Source: an uncultured Bacteroidota bacterium
GTDB lineage: Bacteria > Bacteroidota > Bacteroidia > UKL13-3
DNA: 64,000 nt
Direction: 5' to 3'
Assembly: GCA_903850915.1 (NCBI GenBank)
Contig: CAINMV010000034.1
Coordinates: 37 to 64,036 of the forward strand
A program made the position numbers and the translations under genes. Positions 18,287 to 29,173 of the stretch are shown one piece after another. Position 1 is the stretch's first letter; each line of letters begins with the position of its first letter. The notes beneath the pieces were generated by a model. The model did not search any database, was not told the DNA's origin, and saw only the letters and a program-made list of their open reading frames with translations.

Positions 18287-21200
18287 ATGAGAAATTTTAA
18301 CGCTATAAGACTGGCTTCATTATTCATTGCATTCACGTTTATTTTTACGACTTCAATGAATTCGCAAATCAGCGTGAACTCCACCGGTGGTCAAACAAGT
18401 ACAACTACTTATGCCACATTAAAGCTCGCTTTCGACTCGATAAACGTTGGGAAGCATACCGGCTCAATTGTAATATTGGTTAACGGCAACACCACAGAAA
18501 CGGCTACCGCTGTTTTAAATGCATCAGGCTCTGGACTCGCTTCATATGCAGCAATTTTGATTAAGCCCTCCGGAGGTGGCTTGAAAACAATTGCAGGCTC
18601 ATTAGCAGCACCACTAATTGACCTCAATGGCGCTGATAATATCACCATAGATGGTTTGTATCCAGGTAACGATTCCCTCTTAATCGTCAATTCTTCTACA
18701 TCAACAGTAGCCAACACCTCTACGATTCGATTTATTAATGGCGCAACGAACAATAGCGTTCAAAATTGTGGTGTCCTTGGAGGTAGTGCATCCACAACAT
18801 CGGGCACTATTTTTTTTAGTACAGATGCATCCACCACTACTGGTAATGATAATAATCTTATTTCAAATTTACTGCTAGGAGATGCGTCAAGCGCAGCTAC
18901 ACCCCGTTATGCAGTTTATGCCTCGGGCACGCCAACGGCACAAAATAATTACAACACCATTAAAGGCTGTTGGATATATAATTTCAACTCAGGTACCACC
19001 GGCGACAGAGCTGGTATTTATATCGGCGCTGCCTGTTCTGACTTTACCATCTACAATAATAGTTTTTATCAGGAGACGAGCAGAAGTGTAAGCTCTGCCG
19101 TGTTTTCGGGCATATACATCACCAATACCTCTGGTAGTTTTTTAATACGCAAAAATAAAATTGGAGGAAGCGCACCAAACTGTGCTGGATCAGCACTTTC
19201 ATTGACATCCGCTCCCCTCTTACATGCAATTTACCTAAATGTAGCCTCCTCAAGCAAAACAATTGTGGATAGCAATACCATCGCAAATATTACAATGGCA
19301 ACATCAAACACTAGTATCATCCAATCCTTGATACACATAAATAATGGAAAGGTTGATTTAAAATACAATACCCTCGGAAGCCAAAGTACGGCATCGAGTA
19401 TTAGCATACCTACAAACCCAAGCAGCACTACCTTTTCAGTCATTGGAATGGGAGCTGGCACCTTTGACACCATAAATATCTCCAACAATACCATTGGCGG
19501 AATAAACATTACGGGATCGGGAATGAGCCTAAGAGGCGTGGATATTACAGGAACAACGGCAACAATGCTGATTAATAATAATATCTTTGGTTCGCCAACA
19601 GTGGCTAACAGCTTTTTTCAAGGAGGACCTAATTCCATTTTAGCGATAATAATGCGGGCTGATTATGCTGGTGCCATCCACCAAGTGATGAATAATACAT
19701 TTGCAAATTTTACAGCCACAAACGCAGCAATACGAGCAATTTATACTGGTGGAGCTAATTCTACATTTTTAATTACTGGAAATACACTTTACAACTTTAG
19801 CACGGCACGTAATACCGCTGGCACAGGCAATGGTGCGGCAATAGTTGGTATTATTGCTAGTGCTGGTGGGCCAAATCAAATAATCTCTAAAAATACAATA
19901 CACTCTTTAAAAGTTACAGGGTCGGGTGCTGGTGCAATGACTGTAAGTGGAATCAATTTTGGAGGTACTCCATCTGGTAATAATATAATCTCTAGTAACC
20001 TAATCCATTCCTTGAATGTGGATATCGCAGGTGGTGTAGTCAATGGAATCGACATCTCAGGAGCCAACGGAACATATTACAACAATATGATACGCTTGGG
20101 AATTGATGAACTTGGGGCTATCATTAGTACGCCAATAAGTATTAACGGAATTTATGAGAACGGAGGCGTAAACTCCATTTACTACAACAGCATTTATATA
20201 GGGGGCAGTAATGTTACTACAGGAACCGCCAACACTGCAGCTCTTAACAGCTCGGTAACTTCGGTGAATAGGGAAATAAAAAACAATATTTTCGTGAACG
20301 TAAGAAGCAACAGTTCATCCACTGGCAAGCACTATGCTATAGCTATTAATAACAATACGGGGCAAGTAATCAACAATAACGATTATTGGACTGGCAGTTC
20401 ATTCCTAGCTCAAAATAGCACTACAGATTACAGTTCATTATTAACTTGGCAAGCAGCGACCAACCAAGATAGCTTAAGTGTAAGCGCAAATCCTGTGTTT
20501 AAGAACCCGGGAGGAAGCATCTCAACATTAAATCTGCATATTGACACTGCCGGAACCGCCGTTTCCTATTTAGAATCGAGTGGCAGCGTAATTAGCGGAA
20601 TTGCAACCGACTATGATAATGACGCCCGACCAGGACCATTAGGAAGTTTAAAAGGTGGCGCTACCAAACCTGATATTGGTGCCGACGAATTTGATGGTGT
20701 ACCTCGGCCACCTTGTGCTAACTCCATTGCTGGCAATGCGATTGCAACGCTTGATACTATTTGTATAAGTGGCACTGTTACCTTAAGCTTAAGCGGTTCA
20801 TCCGGGTTAGGTGTTGGCAATAGCTACCAATGGCAATCGTCCTCCAATGGCATCAACTATTCGAACATTTCAAATGCGAATCTAAATGTATATGCCACTT
20901 CAAGTATTACCACTACGACTTATTATCGATGCATTTTAACATGCATCTACGGCGCAACGTCATCTATTTCAGGCGCAAAGAAAATCACCGTTTTAAATCC
21001 ACAAATATCAAGTACCCAAGGGGCTCAGCGTTGTGGAGCTGGATCTGTTGCTTTAAACGCAACTGCAAGTTCAGGCACTATCAGATGGTACAGTGCTGCT
21101 ACAGGTGGCGCTCTATTAGATACTGGAGCAATCTTCAACACACCATCAATTGCCACCACAACCACGTACTATGTAGAAGCGGCCATAGCAAATTGCGCTT

Positions 21201-22921
21201 CCAACGCACGCACCGCTGTGCAAGCAACCATATTAACGGTCCCTATAATCACTGGAATCACTCCAGGTTTTAGTTGCGGGCCTGGAATTGTTGCCTTATC
21301 GGCATCTTGCAGTGCTGGCACAATAAATTGGTATAGCACAGCTACTGGAGGCACTGCAATTGCAACAGGAGCTAACTTTAGCACCCCTTTGCTCAGTTCC
21401 ACAACAACATACTATATCGATGCTGTTTCAACAATTTGTACTTCTACATCCAGATCTGCCATTACCGCCACCATTATACCATTACCAACAATTACTTCAA
21501 CGACACCTTCAAATACTTGTGGTACCGGATCGGTTGTATTACGCGCAGCAGCAAGCAGTGGCTATGTAAATTGGTATTCGACAGCAACTGGAGGCACCGT
21601 AATTGACACCGGCAATACTTTTACCACGCCTGTTATTTTTGCGCCTACTACCTATTATGCCGAAGCTAAAGTAGGCAATTGTGTATCAAGCCCAAGAACA
21701 GCGGTTTTGGCATCCGTACTTTCTAAACCCACCATTAATGGAGTAAATAGCGCCACTGGCTGCAAATTCGATCAGATTGTACTTGGAGCAACGGCTTCGG
21801 CAGGAACTATCAACTGGTACAACAGCTCCACTGGAGGCATCTCAATTGCAACTGGCAATAGCTTCACAACACCAAGCCTTTCGGCAACCACAGTATATTA
21901 TGTTGATGCCACCGTAAGCGGATGCACCTCATTATTTAGGACAGCTGTTACAGCAACAATTAATCCAACACCATTGATTACGTCCGTAACCAATGCCTCT
22001 GTTTGTGGTTCAGGCGCGTTAACCTTGGATGCCGCTGCGAGCTCCGGCGTTATTAGCTGGTATAGCGACTCTATTGGAGGAACATTAGTATTTACGGGCA
22101 ACCCATTTAACACACCGATTTTAAACACCACCACGACGTATTTCGTTGAAACCAAAGACAATGGGTGCACCTCAAGTCCACGGGTTCGAGTAACGGCTAA
22201 GGTTAAAAAAATACCTACAATTACCACGACAACGCCCGCTTCAAGTTGTCGGCCTGCCATCTTAAGCTTAAGCGCAAATGCAAGCAATGGCAATATTCGT
22301 TGGTATAATGTAGCATTTGGTGGCAGTGCCTTAGCGAGTGGCTCAACTTTTACAACTCCTGTTCTATCAGCAACAGCAACGTACTATGTTGACGCCTTTG
22401 ACAGCGGCTGTGTTTCAGCCAATAGAACAGCAGTAGACGCTACCATTTACACAGCCCCGAACAAAAGTACCACTGTATTAGGAAATACGATTACAGCCAC
22501 TGCCACTGGCCTAATCTACCAGTGGGTGGATTGCAACAACAACTTTGCTTTGCTAACAGGAGAGACCAGCAAAAGCTTCACGGCCACTAAAAATGGAAGT
22601 TATGCCGTAATTGTAAAAGACAATAACTGCAGCGACACCTCTGCATGCACCACCTTTAACAAAATTGGTCTTCATAATAACATGCAAGATTTTGGATTCA
22701 GCTTAACACCCAACCCAGCTCAAGAACAGCTGTTTTTGATAACAAACATCACTTTACTTGGCAAAAAATTTACAATTTTAGATCTAACGGGCAGGATACT
22801 AATCGTTGGAACCATTAACCAGGAGATGCAAACAATTCCCATTGAGACACTCGCTTTTGGAAACTACCTCTTCCATATTGACGACGCCTATGGTAAGAAT
22901 ATTCGATTTATTAAAAATTAA
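18287..22921 (+). CDS. Large T9SS-secreted surface protein: beta-helix region, six Ig-like (Ig_7/CHU-type) repeats, T9SS type A CTD
   Basis: Signal peptide from M at 18287. Asn/Gly/Ile-rich parallel beta-helix turns, DYDNDARPG...PDIGADEF, six ~80-aa repeats C-x2-G-x-V-x-L-x-A...WY-x3-TGG...FxTP...TTYYV...C-x-S-x-R, C-terminal LTPNPAQE...DLTGR...GNYLFHI...RFIKN. Confidence 0.85.
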   Translation: MRNFNAIRLASLFIAFTFIFTTSMNSQISVNSTGGQTSTTTYATLKLAFDSINVGKHTGSIVILVNGNTTETATAVLNASGSGLASYAAILIKPSGGGLKTIAGSLAAPLIDLNGADNITIDGLYPGNDSLLIVNSSTSTVANTSTIRFINGATNNSVQNCGVLGGSASTTSGTIFFSTDASTTTGNDNNLISNLLLGDASSAATPRYAVYASGTPTAQNNYNTIKGCWIYNFNSGTTGDRAGIYIGAACSDFTIYNNSFYQETSRSVSSAVFSGIYITNTSGSFLIRKNKIGGSAPNCAGSALSLTSAPLLHAIYLNVASSSKTIVDSNTIANITMATSNTSIIQSLIHINNGKVDLKYNTLGSQSTASSISIPTNPSSTTFSVIGMGAGTFDTINISNNTIGGINITGSGMSLRGVDITGTTATMLINNNIFGSPTVANSFFQGGPNSILAIIMRADYAGAIHQVMNNTFANFTATNAAIRAIYTGGANSTFLITGNTLYNFSTARNTAGTGNGAAIVGIIASAGGPNQIISKNTIHSLKVTGSGAGAMTVSGINFGGTPSGNNIISSNLIHSLNVDIAGGVVNGIDISGANGTYYNNMIRLGIDELGAIISTPISINGIYENGGVNSIYYNSIYIGGSNVTTGTANTAALNSSVTSVNREIKNNIFVNVRSNSSSTGKHYAIAINNNTGQVINNNDYWTGSSFLAQNSTTDYSSLLTWQAATNQDSLSVSANPVFKNPGGSISTLNLHIDTAGTAVSYLESSGSVISGIATDYDNDARPGPLGSLKGGATKPDIGADEFDGVPRPPCANSIAGNAIATLDTICISGTVTLSLSGSSGLGVGNSYQWQSSSNGINYSNISNANLNVYATSSITTTTYYRCILTCIYGATSSISGAKKITVLNPQISSTQGAQRCGAGSVALNATASSGTIRWYSAATGGALLDTGAIFNTPSIATTTTYYVEAAIANCASNARTAVQATILTVPIITGITPGFSCGPGIVALSASCSAGTINWYSTATGGTAIATGANFSTPLLSSTTTYYIDAVSTICTSTSRSAITATIIPLPTITSTTPSNTCGTGSVVLRAAASSGYVNWYSTATGGTVIDTGNTFTTPVIFAPTTYYAEAKVGNCVSSPRTAVLASVLSKPTINGVNSATGCKFDQIVLGATASAGTINWYNSSTGGISIATGNSFTTPSLSATTVYYVDATVSGCTSLFRTAVTATINPTPLITSVTNASVCGSGALTLDAAASSGVISWYSDSIGGTLVFTGNPFNTPILNTTTTYFVETKDNGCTSSPRVRVTAKVKKIPTITTTTPASSCRPAILSLSANASNGNIRWYNVAFGGSALASGSTFTTPVLSATATYYVDAFDSGCVSANRTAVDATIYTAPNKSTTVLGNTITATATGLIYQWVDCNNNFALLTGETSKSFTATKNGSYAVIVKDNNCSDTSACTTFNKIGLHNNMQDFGFSLTPNPAQEQLFLITNITLLGKKFTILDLTGRILIVGTINQEMQTIPIETLAFGNYLFHIDDAYGKNIRFIKN
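21000..22450 (+). repeat. Six tandem ~240-bp Ig-like domain repeats inside the T9SS protein (approximate bounds)
   Basis: Repeated WYS/NxxxGG and TTTYYV motifs about every 80 aa; DNA diverged. Confidence 0.85.
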
Positions 22922-22943
22922 TTCTTGTATCTTTGATGTCATC

Positions 22944-23426
22944 ATGCAGGATTTCTTTCTTGACTTTCCAATCAATTCCCGCGTATGGGTTTATCAAGCT
23001 AATAAGGCTTTCCCAACAAACGCGAGTAATGAGCTACAACCCATTTTTGATGCCTTTACCAAACAATGGACAGCGCATCAACAGCAGATGAAGGCTGAAA
23101 TTCGACTGCTGCATAATTACTTTATTGTGGTGATGGTGGATGAAGACTTCCAAAGACCCGGCGGTTGCAGTATCGACAGCTCTATACATTTTATCAAGGA
23201 TATTGGCAAGCAATACGGCATTGACTTACTCGACCGCTTGCGCGTTAGTTATTTACGTGATGGCATCATTGAAAGCCTTGCCGTAAATGAGTTTGTGAAT
23301 AGAATCCATGCCAAAGAAATAAAGGAAGACACCATGGTGATGAATCCATTGGTACAAAGCAAAGATGAATTATTTACAAAGTTCATGATCCCTTTGCGAG
23401 AAAGCTGGCTAAATCGTTATTTATAA
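22944..23426 (+). CDS. Conserved Bacteroidota hypothetical protein (family often mislabelled 'ABC transporter ATPase')
   Basis: SRVWVYQA, F-x3-WTAH, GGCSIDSS, LLDRLRV, ESWL. No Walker A motif. -7 element TATCTTTG at 22928-22935 supports the ATG at 22944. Confidence 0.75.
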   Translation: MQDFFLDFPINSRVWVYQANKAFPTNASNELQPIFDAFTKQWTAHQQQMKAEIRLLHNYFIVVMVDEDFQRPGGCSIDSSIHFIKDIGKQYGIDLLDRLRVSYLRDGIIESLAVNEFVNRIHAKEIKEDTMVMNPLVQSKDELFTKFMIPLRESWLNRYL

Positions 23427-23561
23427 TTAGCGATAAGACATATGAACATCATTCTAATCTAGTACTTAACCATGACTAGAAATAGGATTGAGTAACTCAA
23501 AAAATAAATTTCGGAAAATTTGAGCTTTTTATAGTATATGGTTCGTTGTTGATTTCTTGAA

Positions 23562-25649
23562 TTACAACTTCACCAATTTGCGACTATAGTTTACGCCATC
23601 TATAGTTATATTAACAAAATAAACACTTCCAGAGAGTGACTTCATATCGAATGTGCTTAAAGGAATTATTACTTCACCTGCAATCTTGTTTTGATTGTCG
23701 ATAACTGATATTTCTTTTCCGAGCACATCGATTACTTTCACAATAACAGAGGCCTCCTTGGCTAATAAAAACTTGATTTCGGAAGCTTGAGTAAAAGGAT
23801 TTGGAGAAATAATTAAATCGACAGGAAAAGGCGCTTGCGAAAGGCTAATTCCTGTTTTTGCATCCAACACATTGATATCATCAATATATATATTGTTTCC
23901 CTGTCTGCTGGTAGTTTCGAAACGAAAGCGCACATTTGGCATTCCCGCATATTGCGTAAGATCGGCTTGCTGTAGCACCCAATCTGTGGCCTGAGGAACA
24001 TAGCTTGTGGAACTCATAGCCACACCACCGGCGAGACTATTTCCAACTTTTGAGATTTTAGACTGCCACGACTGACCGCAATCTACTGAAACATACATCT
24101 TCAACACATCATTAACTCCGGTTGCCCTTTGTGCGTATGCTGTATAAAAGTTAATAATTGGCTTTTGCACTGTTGTGAAGTTATAGCCTTTGCTATAAAA
24201 AGCATCTACATCATCATAAGCCGTGCCACTAAAATGATTAATCATAAATGCCGCAGTGCCTGTGCGCTTTGATGTTGTAGTTCGTTGCCATGAAGATGTT
24301 GCACCGCCATTATCGAGCGTCCAACCATCAGCGGCCAAAGTCGTATTTTCGAAGCCCTGAAACATAGGCAAAACATCCGGAGCTTGTAATGGCAAAATAG
24401 TTAAATACGAGGTACGTGTTTTTGTATTTCCTCCTTTTGCATTGGAAACAGTTAAGCTAATGCTATACGTTCCTGGAGTACTCCATGAAATATTCGTTGG
24501 ATTTTGAAGCGTACTATTTGATGTATTGGCACCAGTGAATGTCCAATTCCAATTGGTGATCGTAGCATTATAGCTAAAATCAAGAAATGAGAAATCAGAG
24601 CCCGTGCAACCCACTAATTTAGAAGCTATGAAATCCGCAACTGGAGCACATCCTACAGGGCCATTGCCATCGACACCTGTTGCCGCAGCATTGGCTGTTG
24701 AGATGAGATTACTTCGATACTGCAATAATGCTGCATCCATTCTGGTTTTCTGACCTGTGGTGAACATGCTTTGGCAAGTACCATTGGTATAATCCATATA
24801 ATTCTCCAGCATATCGGGCGGATCTACAGTATAGGGAGATGTAAAGTTAGTGCATGAATTTGTTGTTAGAGTGCATCCGTAATTGGCTGTTGAGGCCGGA
24901 GGTGTATCGCCTACTTGATCGCCACCATTACAGCCGCTTTGAAATGTATGGAAAAGGCCCAATGAATGGCCAATTTCGTGTGTAAGAGTTCTTCCCCATT
25001 CGCCAAATCCATTGCCTGGCTCAGTTCCAATACGCCCAACACAATCGTTGCGGATAATAATACCGTCGGTGCTTGCAGAGCCACCACCTGGAAACTGAGA
25101 ATAACCTAAAATTGTTCCACCTCCAGTTCCTTGAGAAGCAATGGTTTTAACCACCCAAATATTTAAATACTTTTGATTCGACCAATACGATAGCGCCTTA
25201 ACGTTATCGCCGGCATCATTGGTAAGTGGGCTAAAAATTCTGTTTATCCCTTCTGTACAATTGCCATTGGGATCAATTTTAGCCAAACGAAATTCAATAG
25301 AGGCATCGGTGGCGTAGGGTCTAAATAAAGTGCGGGTGTCGGCGGTATCTGGATTAAGCTTGCGATAATCTTCATTTAAAATCCGAATTGCATCTTCAAT
25401 TTGAGCTTTGCTAATATTTTCAGTGCCGTATTCATGAATAACATGAAATACAACCGGGATGATTCGCACTGTACCATTGGTTTTTTGCATAGGAGCAAAA
25501 TCCTGAATGTGATTGAATTTGTCAAAATCCGCCTTGAGCTCAGGGTGTGCTTTTTGATATTCTTCGTAATAGTAATCCGATAAACACTTTTGTGAATATC
25601 CATAAAACGTGGTAAAAATTAGGGCAAAAGTCAACAAATACTTCTTCAT
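23562..25649 (-). CDS. M43 (pappalysin/ulilysin-like) zinc metalloprotease with PKD domain and T9SS CTD
   Basis: Pro-peptide Cys, IPVVFHVIH, YLNIWVV, HEIGHSLGLFH zinc motif, ENYMDY Met-turn, PKD (WNWTFTG...PGTYSISLTVSN), ISPNPF...YFV...KLVKL. Confidence 0.92.
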   Translation of the reverse strand: MKKYLLTFALIFTTFYGYSQKCLSDYYYEEYQKAHPELKADFDKFNHIQDFAPMQKTNGTVRIIPVVFHVIHEYGTENISKAQIEDAIRILNEDYRKLNPDTADTRTLFRPYATDASIEFRLAKIDPNGNCTEGINRIFSPLTNDAGDNVKALSYWSNQKYLNIWVVKTIASQGTGGGTILGYSQFPGGGSASTDGIIIRNDCVGRIGTEPGNGFGEWGRTLTHEIGHSLGLFHTFQSGCNGGDQVGDTPPASTANYGCTLTTNSCTNFTSPYTVDPPDMLENYMDYTNGTCQSMFTTGQKTRMDAALLQYRSNLISTANAAATGVDGNGPVGCAPVADFIASKLVGCTGSDFSFLDFSYNATITNWNWTFTGANTSNSTLQNPTNISWSTPGTYSISLTVSNAKGGNTKTRTSYLTILPLQAPDVLPMFQGFENTTLAADGWTLDNGGATSSWQRTTTSKRTGTAAFMINHFSGTAYDDVDAFYSKGYNFTTVQKPIINFYTAYAQRATGVNDVLKMYVSVDCGQSWQSKISKVGNSLAGGVAMSSTSYVPQATDWVLQQADLTQYAGMPNVRFRFETTSRQGNNIYIDDINVLDAKTGISLSQAPFPVDLIISPNPFTQASEIKFLLAKEASVIVKVIDVLGKEISVIDNQNKIAGEVIIPLSTFDMKSLSGSVYFVNITIDGVNYSRKLVKL

Positions 25650-25731
25650 AGGATAGGGCTATAGTCGCTTGCAACGGAAATGCGTTGCCTCAACAATAAA
25701 ATATAAGATACAAAAATAGTGAATTCCCGAA

Positions 25732-26814
25732 TTAAAAACCTACTGAAGCACGATGAATTAACAAATGATTGAGGATAACAATAGCAGCAAAAGCATCAAC
25801 TATTGGAACCGCCCTAGGTACAACACAGGCATCATGTCGACCACCAGGAATAAACACATCTTGTAGACCCTCTTTGTTTGCCGTTGTTTGAGGTTGCATT
25901 ATTGTGGATGCCGGCTTAAAAGCGATATCGAGTAACACGTCCATTCCATTGCTAATTCCACCTTGAATTCCGCCACTGTGGTTGGATGTAGTGCGCCAAT
26001 TTCCATCTACTTTTTCAAACACATCATTTTGTAATGATCCATAGCTAGCAGCAGATTCAAAGCCATCACCGAAAGAAACCCCTTTTACAGCATTGATGCC
26101 GAACATGGCCTTCGCCAGATTCGCATTTAGTTTCTCGAACAAAGGCTCCCCAAGACCCACATGTAAACCTTGAATAACACAACGGATTACCCCTCCCACT
26201 GAATCCCCCTTCTCTTTTGTCTCCAAAATTAAAGCCTCCATTTTGCTTGCGGCCTCTGTATCCGGACAACGCACAGCATTTGAGTCGATTAAACTTAAAT
26301 CAATTTCATGTTGACTCTTGTTTATTTTAACCGAACCAACAGCAGTAACGTAACTGTTAATATTTATATTACAACGTTTCAATAATTGCTGCGCAATAGC
26401 TCCAGCAGCCACCATGGGCGCTGTGGTACGAGCGCTGCTTCGTCCACCACCACGATAATCATAATGACCATACTTTTGCTGATAAACAAAATCGGCATGC
26501 GACGGCCTAAAGAAGTTTTGGATTGTATTGTAATCTGCGCTCTTAACATCTTTGTTTTCTATTAAAAGCAAGATGGGTGCGCCTGTTGTTTTTCCTTCAA
26601 AAACACCGCTAATTATTTTAAAGCTATCTACTTCGTTGCGAGCAGTTGTTAAAGAGGATTGTCCTGGACGACGACGATTAAGCTGCTCTTGAATATTAAT
26701 TAAATCGAGTTCAATATTCGAAGGACAGCCATCAATAACGGCACCGATAGCCTCCCCATGGCTCTCGCCAAAAGTAGTCACCGTAAAAAATGTTCCTATG
26801 CTATTGTTTGACAT
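25732..26814 (-). CDS. aroC: Chorismate synthase
   Basis: TFGESHG, RRRPGQS, RPSHAD, GGGRSSAR, GGIQGGISNG, GRHDACVVPRA. Confidence 0.97.
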   Translation of the reverse strand: MSNNSIGTFFTVTTFGESHGEAIGAVIDGCPSNIELDLINIQEQLNRRRPGQSSLTTARNEVDSFKIISGVFEGKTTGAPILLLIENKDVKSADYNTIQNFFRPSHADFVYQQKYGHYDYRGGGRSSARTTAPMVAAGAIAQQLLKRCNININSYVTAVGSVKINKSQHEIDLSLIDSNAVRCPDTEAASKMEALILETKEKGDSVGGVIRCVIQGLHVGLGEPLFEKLNANLAKAMFGINAVKGVSFGDGFESAASYGSLQNDVFEKVDGNWRTTSNHSGGIQGGISNGMDVLLDIAFKPASTIMQPQTTANKEGLQDVFIPGGRHDACVVPRAVPIVDAFAAIVILNHLLIHRASVGF

Positions 26815-26840
26815 CGTTTTGCAAAATTAGTTATAATACA

Positions 26841-28058
26841 TTACAAATTTGATTGTGATGGAGAACGATGAAAAGCCTCTTCAAATTCATTCCAGAAAAA
26901 TGGATACGACTTTACGACACATTCGAATTCGTTGATAACAACATTATGATATTTAGTTAATATGGCTGCGAAAGCCATGGCTATACGATGATCATTAAAT
27001 GCCTCTAGAATAAGAACTTCTGCATCAATTTTAGATACTAGCCCAGCCGTTTCCAAATTCCAATAGTTGAAATGACTTTGAAAAGCCACTCCTAATTTCA
27101 GTAATTCAGATTGCAGCACTGCTGTTCGATTTGACTCTTTATTTTTTAGCGTTTCCAATCCATAGAATTTAGCATTGAACTGCAATAGCGCACAGGCCAC
27201 CACCAAAGCAGGGGCGAGATCGGGACTGTCGGCGAGATTGAACTCTGCAACGCTTGACTTAACCGCGGTATATCGAATAGAAATCCCATTGTTTGATTCT
27301 GAAGTTTCTACACCTAGCTTCGCGAATAGAGAAGCGCAGCTGCGATCGCCTTGTGCGCTATCAAGCTTTAAATTTTGGAAGCTGAAACTTTTTTTCGTGA
27401 TGGTGCAAAGCGCATACCAAAAAGCAGCACTACTCCAATCACCTTCAACGTTTTCAAGCTCAGAATCGTCCTTAATAAAATGTTGTCCTGGGTCAACTTG
27501 AATCCAATTTCCCTCCACCTGCACCCTAATTCCAAAAGAATGGAGGCAGCTTTGCGTTAATTTTAGATACGGTATTGAGGTTGGATTAAGCATTCGCAAT
27601 TTCAATCCATCGTCAAAAGTTGGAGCAATAAGCATTAGAGCACTTATAAATTGACTACTCAAGGCACCATCGATAGTGACCTCTCCTCCTTTAATCTTCT
27701 TACCCTTAATTTTTAAAGGGGCTTGATATTCCTTTTCAAGATAAATAATGTCAGCACCTAAGTCCAGTAAGACATCAACCAATGGCTTTATAGGCCTAGC
27801 ATTTAACGTGGATGTGCCAGATAATACGTATTCACCTGAGGTGATGCTTAAATAAGCGGTTAAAAATCGAAATACCGTTCCTGCATCTTCAACATTATAG
27901 GTATTGCCAGAATGCTTAAAAAGCAAACGATGCATCACAACCACATCGTTTGGCAATTGTGTCTCTGGCAAGTTTATTTCATTATCACTCAGTGCTGAAA
28001 GCACAAGGAACCGGTTGAGGATACTTTTACTAACTGGAATTTGAATTTGTTGCATCAT
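26841..28058 (-). CDS. aroA: 3-phosphoshikimate 1-carboxyvinyltransferase (EPSP synthase)
   Basis: SKSILNR, AGTVFRFL, SSQFISALM, EGDWSSA, KESNR, DHRIAMAF, KSYPFFW. Confidence 0.95.
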   Translation of the reverse strand: MMQQIQIPVSKSILNRFLVLSALSDNEINLPETQLPNDVVVMHRLLFKHSGNTYNVEDAGTVFRFLTAYLSITSGEYVLSGTSTLNARPIKPLVDVLLDLGADIIYLEKEYQAPLKIKGKKIKGGEVTIDGALSSQFISALMLIAPTFDDGLKLRMLNPTSIPYLKLTQSCLHSFGIRVQVEGNWIQVDPGQHFIKDDSELENVEGDWSSAAFWYALCTITKKSFSFQNLKLDSAQGDRSCASLFAKLGVETSESNNGISIRYTAVKSSVAEFNLADSPDLAPALVVACALLQFNAKFYGLETLKNKESNRTAVLQSELLKLGVAFQSHFNYWNLETAGLVSKIDAEVLILEAFNDHRIAMAFAAILTKYHNVVINEFECVVKSYPFFWNEFEEAFHRSPSQSNL

Positions 28059-29092
28059 TAAAAAGCTTGAAGAAATGCCATACCTTCTAAGAGCTGTGAT
28101 TTTGTAATTTGGCTATCCAGCAGCACGTGCCCTTCCCTTTCGAGCAGCACTAATTTTATTTGAGCTTTCGTATTTTTCTTATCCTTCTGCATTATTTTCA
28201 TTAATACATTAAAGTCTAACGCCTTGAGATTTGGCTTTACAAAATTAAGATCGTACCAAAAAACGATGCGCAAGAAACTTTCGAAAGGCAATTTAAAAAA
28301 ACGATACGCAAGAAAAGCCTCTGCCACCAAACCTAACGCCACAGCCTCTCCGTGTAGTATCGTTTTTTTCTGGAGCAAGAAGAAACTTTCAATAGCATGA
28401 CCTATAGTGTGGCCTAAATTTAATTGTTTGCGAAGGTTAGATTCAAAGGGATCTAGCATCACCACCTTCAATTTATAACGTACCGATTTTTTTATGAGCG
28501 TCTGTCTTTCTTGCTCAGAAAATGAAAGAAATGTCTTCAATAGAAACTGAGACGTTTCTCGTTTGCCTTGCAACAGCGCATGCTTGAAAACCTCTGCTGC
28601 ACCGGAATTTAATTCGCGAGTTGGCAACGTTGTCAAAAATACGGTATCAATACAAATCAAGACAGGTGCTTTAAAACCACCAAGCGTGTTTTTATAACTT
28701 AAAAAATCGATTGCTGTTTTACCTCCTATCGCCGCATCTGCCATAGCCATAAGCGATGTAGGCACATTTAAAAAATCGATTCCACGCATGAACACCGAAG
28801 CACAGAAACCACCCATATCTGTGATAACGCCGCCACCAAGATTCACCAAAAGCGAATTGCGGTCGGCCTTATTTTTAAGCATTTTTGACCAAATGGCCTC
28901 ACAGGTGAGGATGGTTTTATTGGCTTCACCACTCCTGACAATTATTAATTGATGTGTTGGTAGCACATTCTTCAGCAATGGATGACAATACCGCTTGGTA
29001 TTTTCGTCGACTAGCACGAAAACAGAAGAGTACGACTTCTTTTTAAAAAAAGAAGAAAGCGATTTAATACCGAAACTAATTTGCTGTTCCAT
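28058..29092 (-). CDS. aroB: 3-dehydroquinate synthase
   Basis: GEANK, GGGVITDMGGF, RGI-x-F-x-NVPTSL, DAAIGGKT, LNLGHTIGHAIE, HGEAVALG, DKK. Start at ATG 29092. Confidence 0.95.
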   Translation of the reverse strand: MEQQISFGIKSLSSFFKKKSYSSVFVLVDENTKRYCHPLLKNVLPTHQLIIVRSGEANKTILTCEAIWSKMLKNKADRNSLLVNLGGGVITDMGGFCASVFMRGIDFLNVPTSLMAMADAAIGGKTAIDFLSYKNTLGGFKAPVLICIDTVFLTTLPTRELNSGAAEVFKHALLQGKRETSQFLLKTFLSFSEQERQTLIKKSVRYKLKVVMLDPFESNLRKQLNLGHTIGHAIESFFLLQKKTILHGEAVALGLVAEAFLAYRFFKLPFESFLRIVFWYDLNFVKPNLKALDFNVLMKIMQKDKKNTKAQIKLVLLEREGHVLLDSQITKSQLLEGMAFLQAF

Positions 29093-29173
29093 AGATTCAG
29101 GCAACGAAATTAAAGTAAAAAATGATGTTGTTATTAAAAACATATTTACCCTATTTTTGCGGCATCTTTCCTT

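Noticed and set aside
20830-21273. 147-aa Cys/His-rich alternative-frame ORF (possible RiPP or metal-binding protein)
   Set aside because: It lies wholly inside the T9SS gene. The composition is the expected shifted-frame reading of Thr/Ala/Ser-rich codons.
17926-23426. Genomic island integrated at tRNA-Lys
   Set aside because: No integrase, no duplicated tRNA 3' end and no mobility genes were found.
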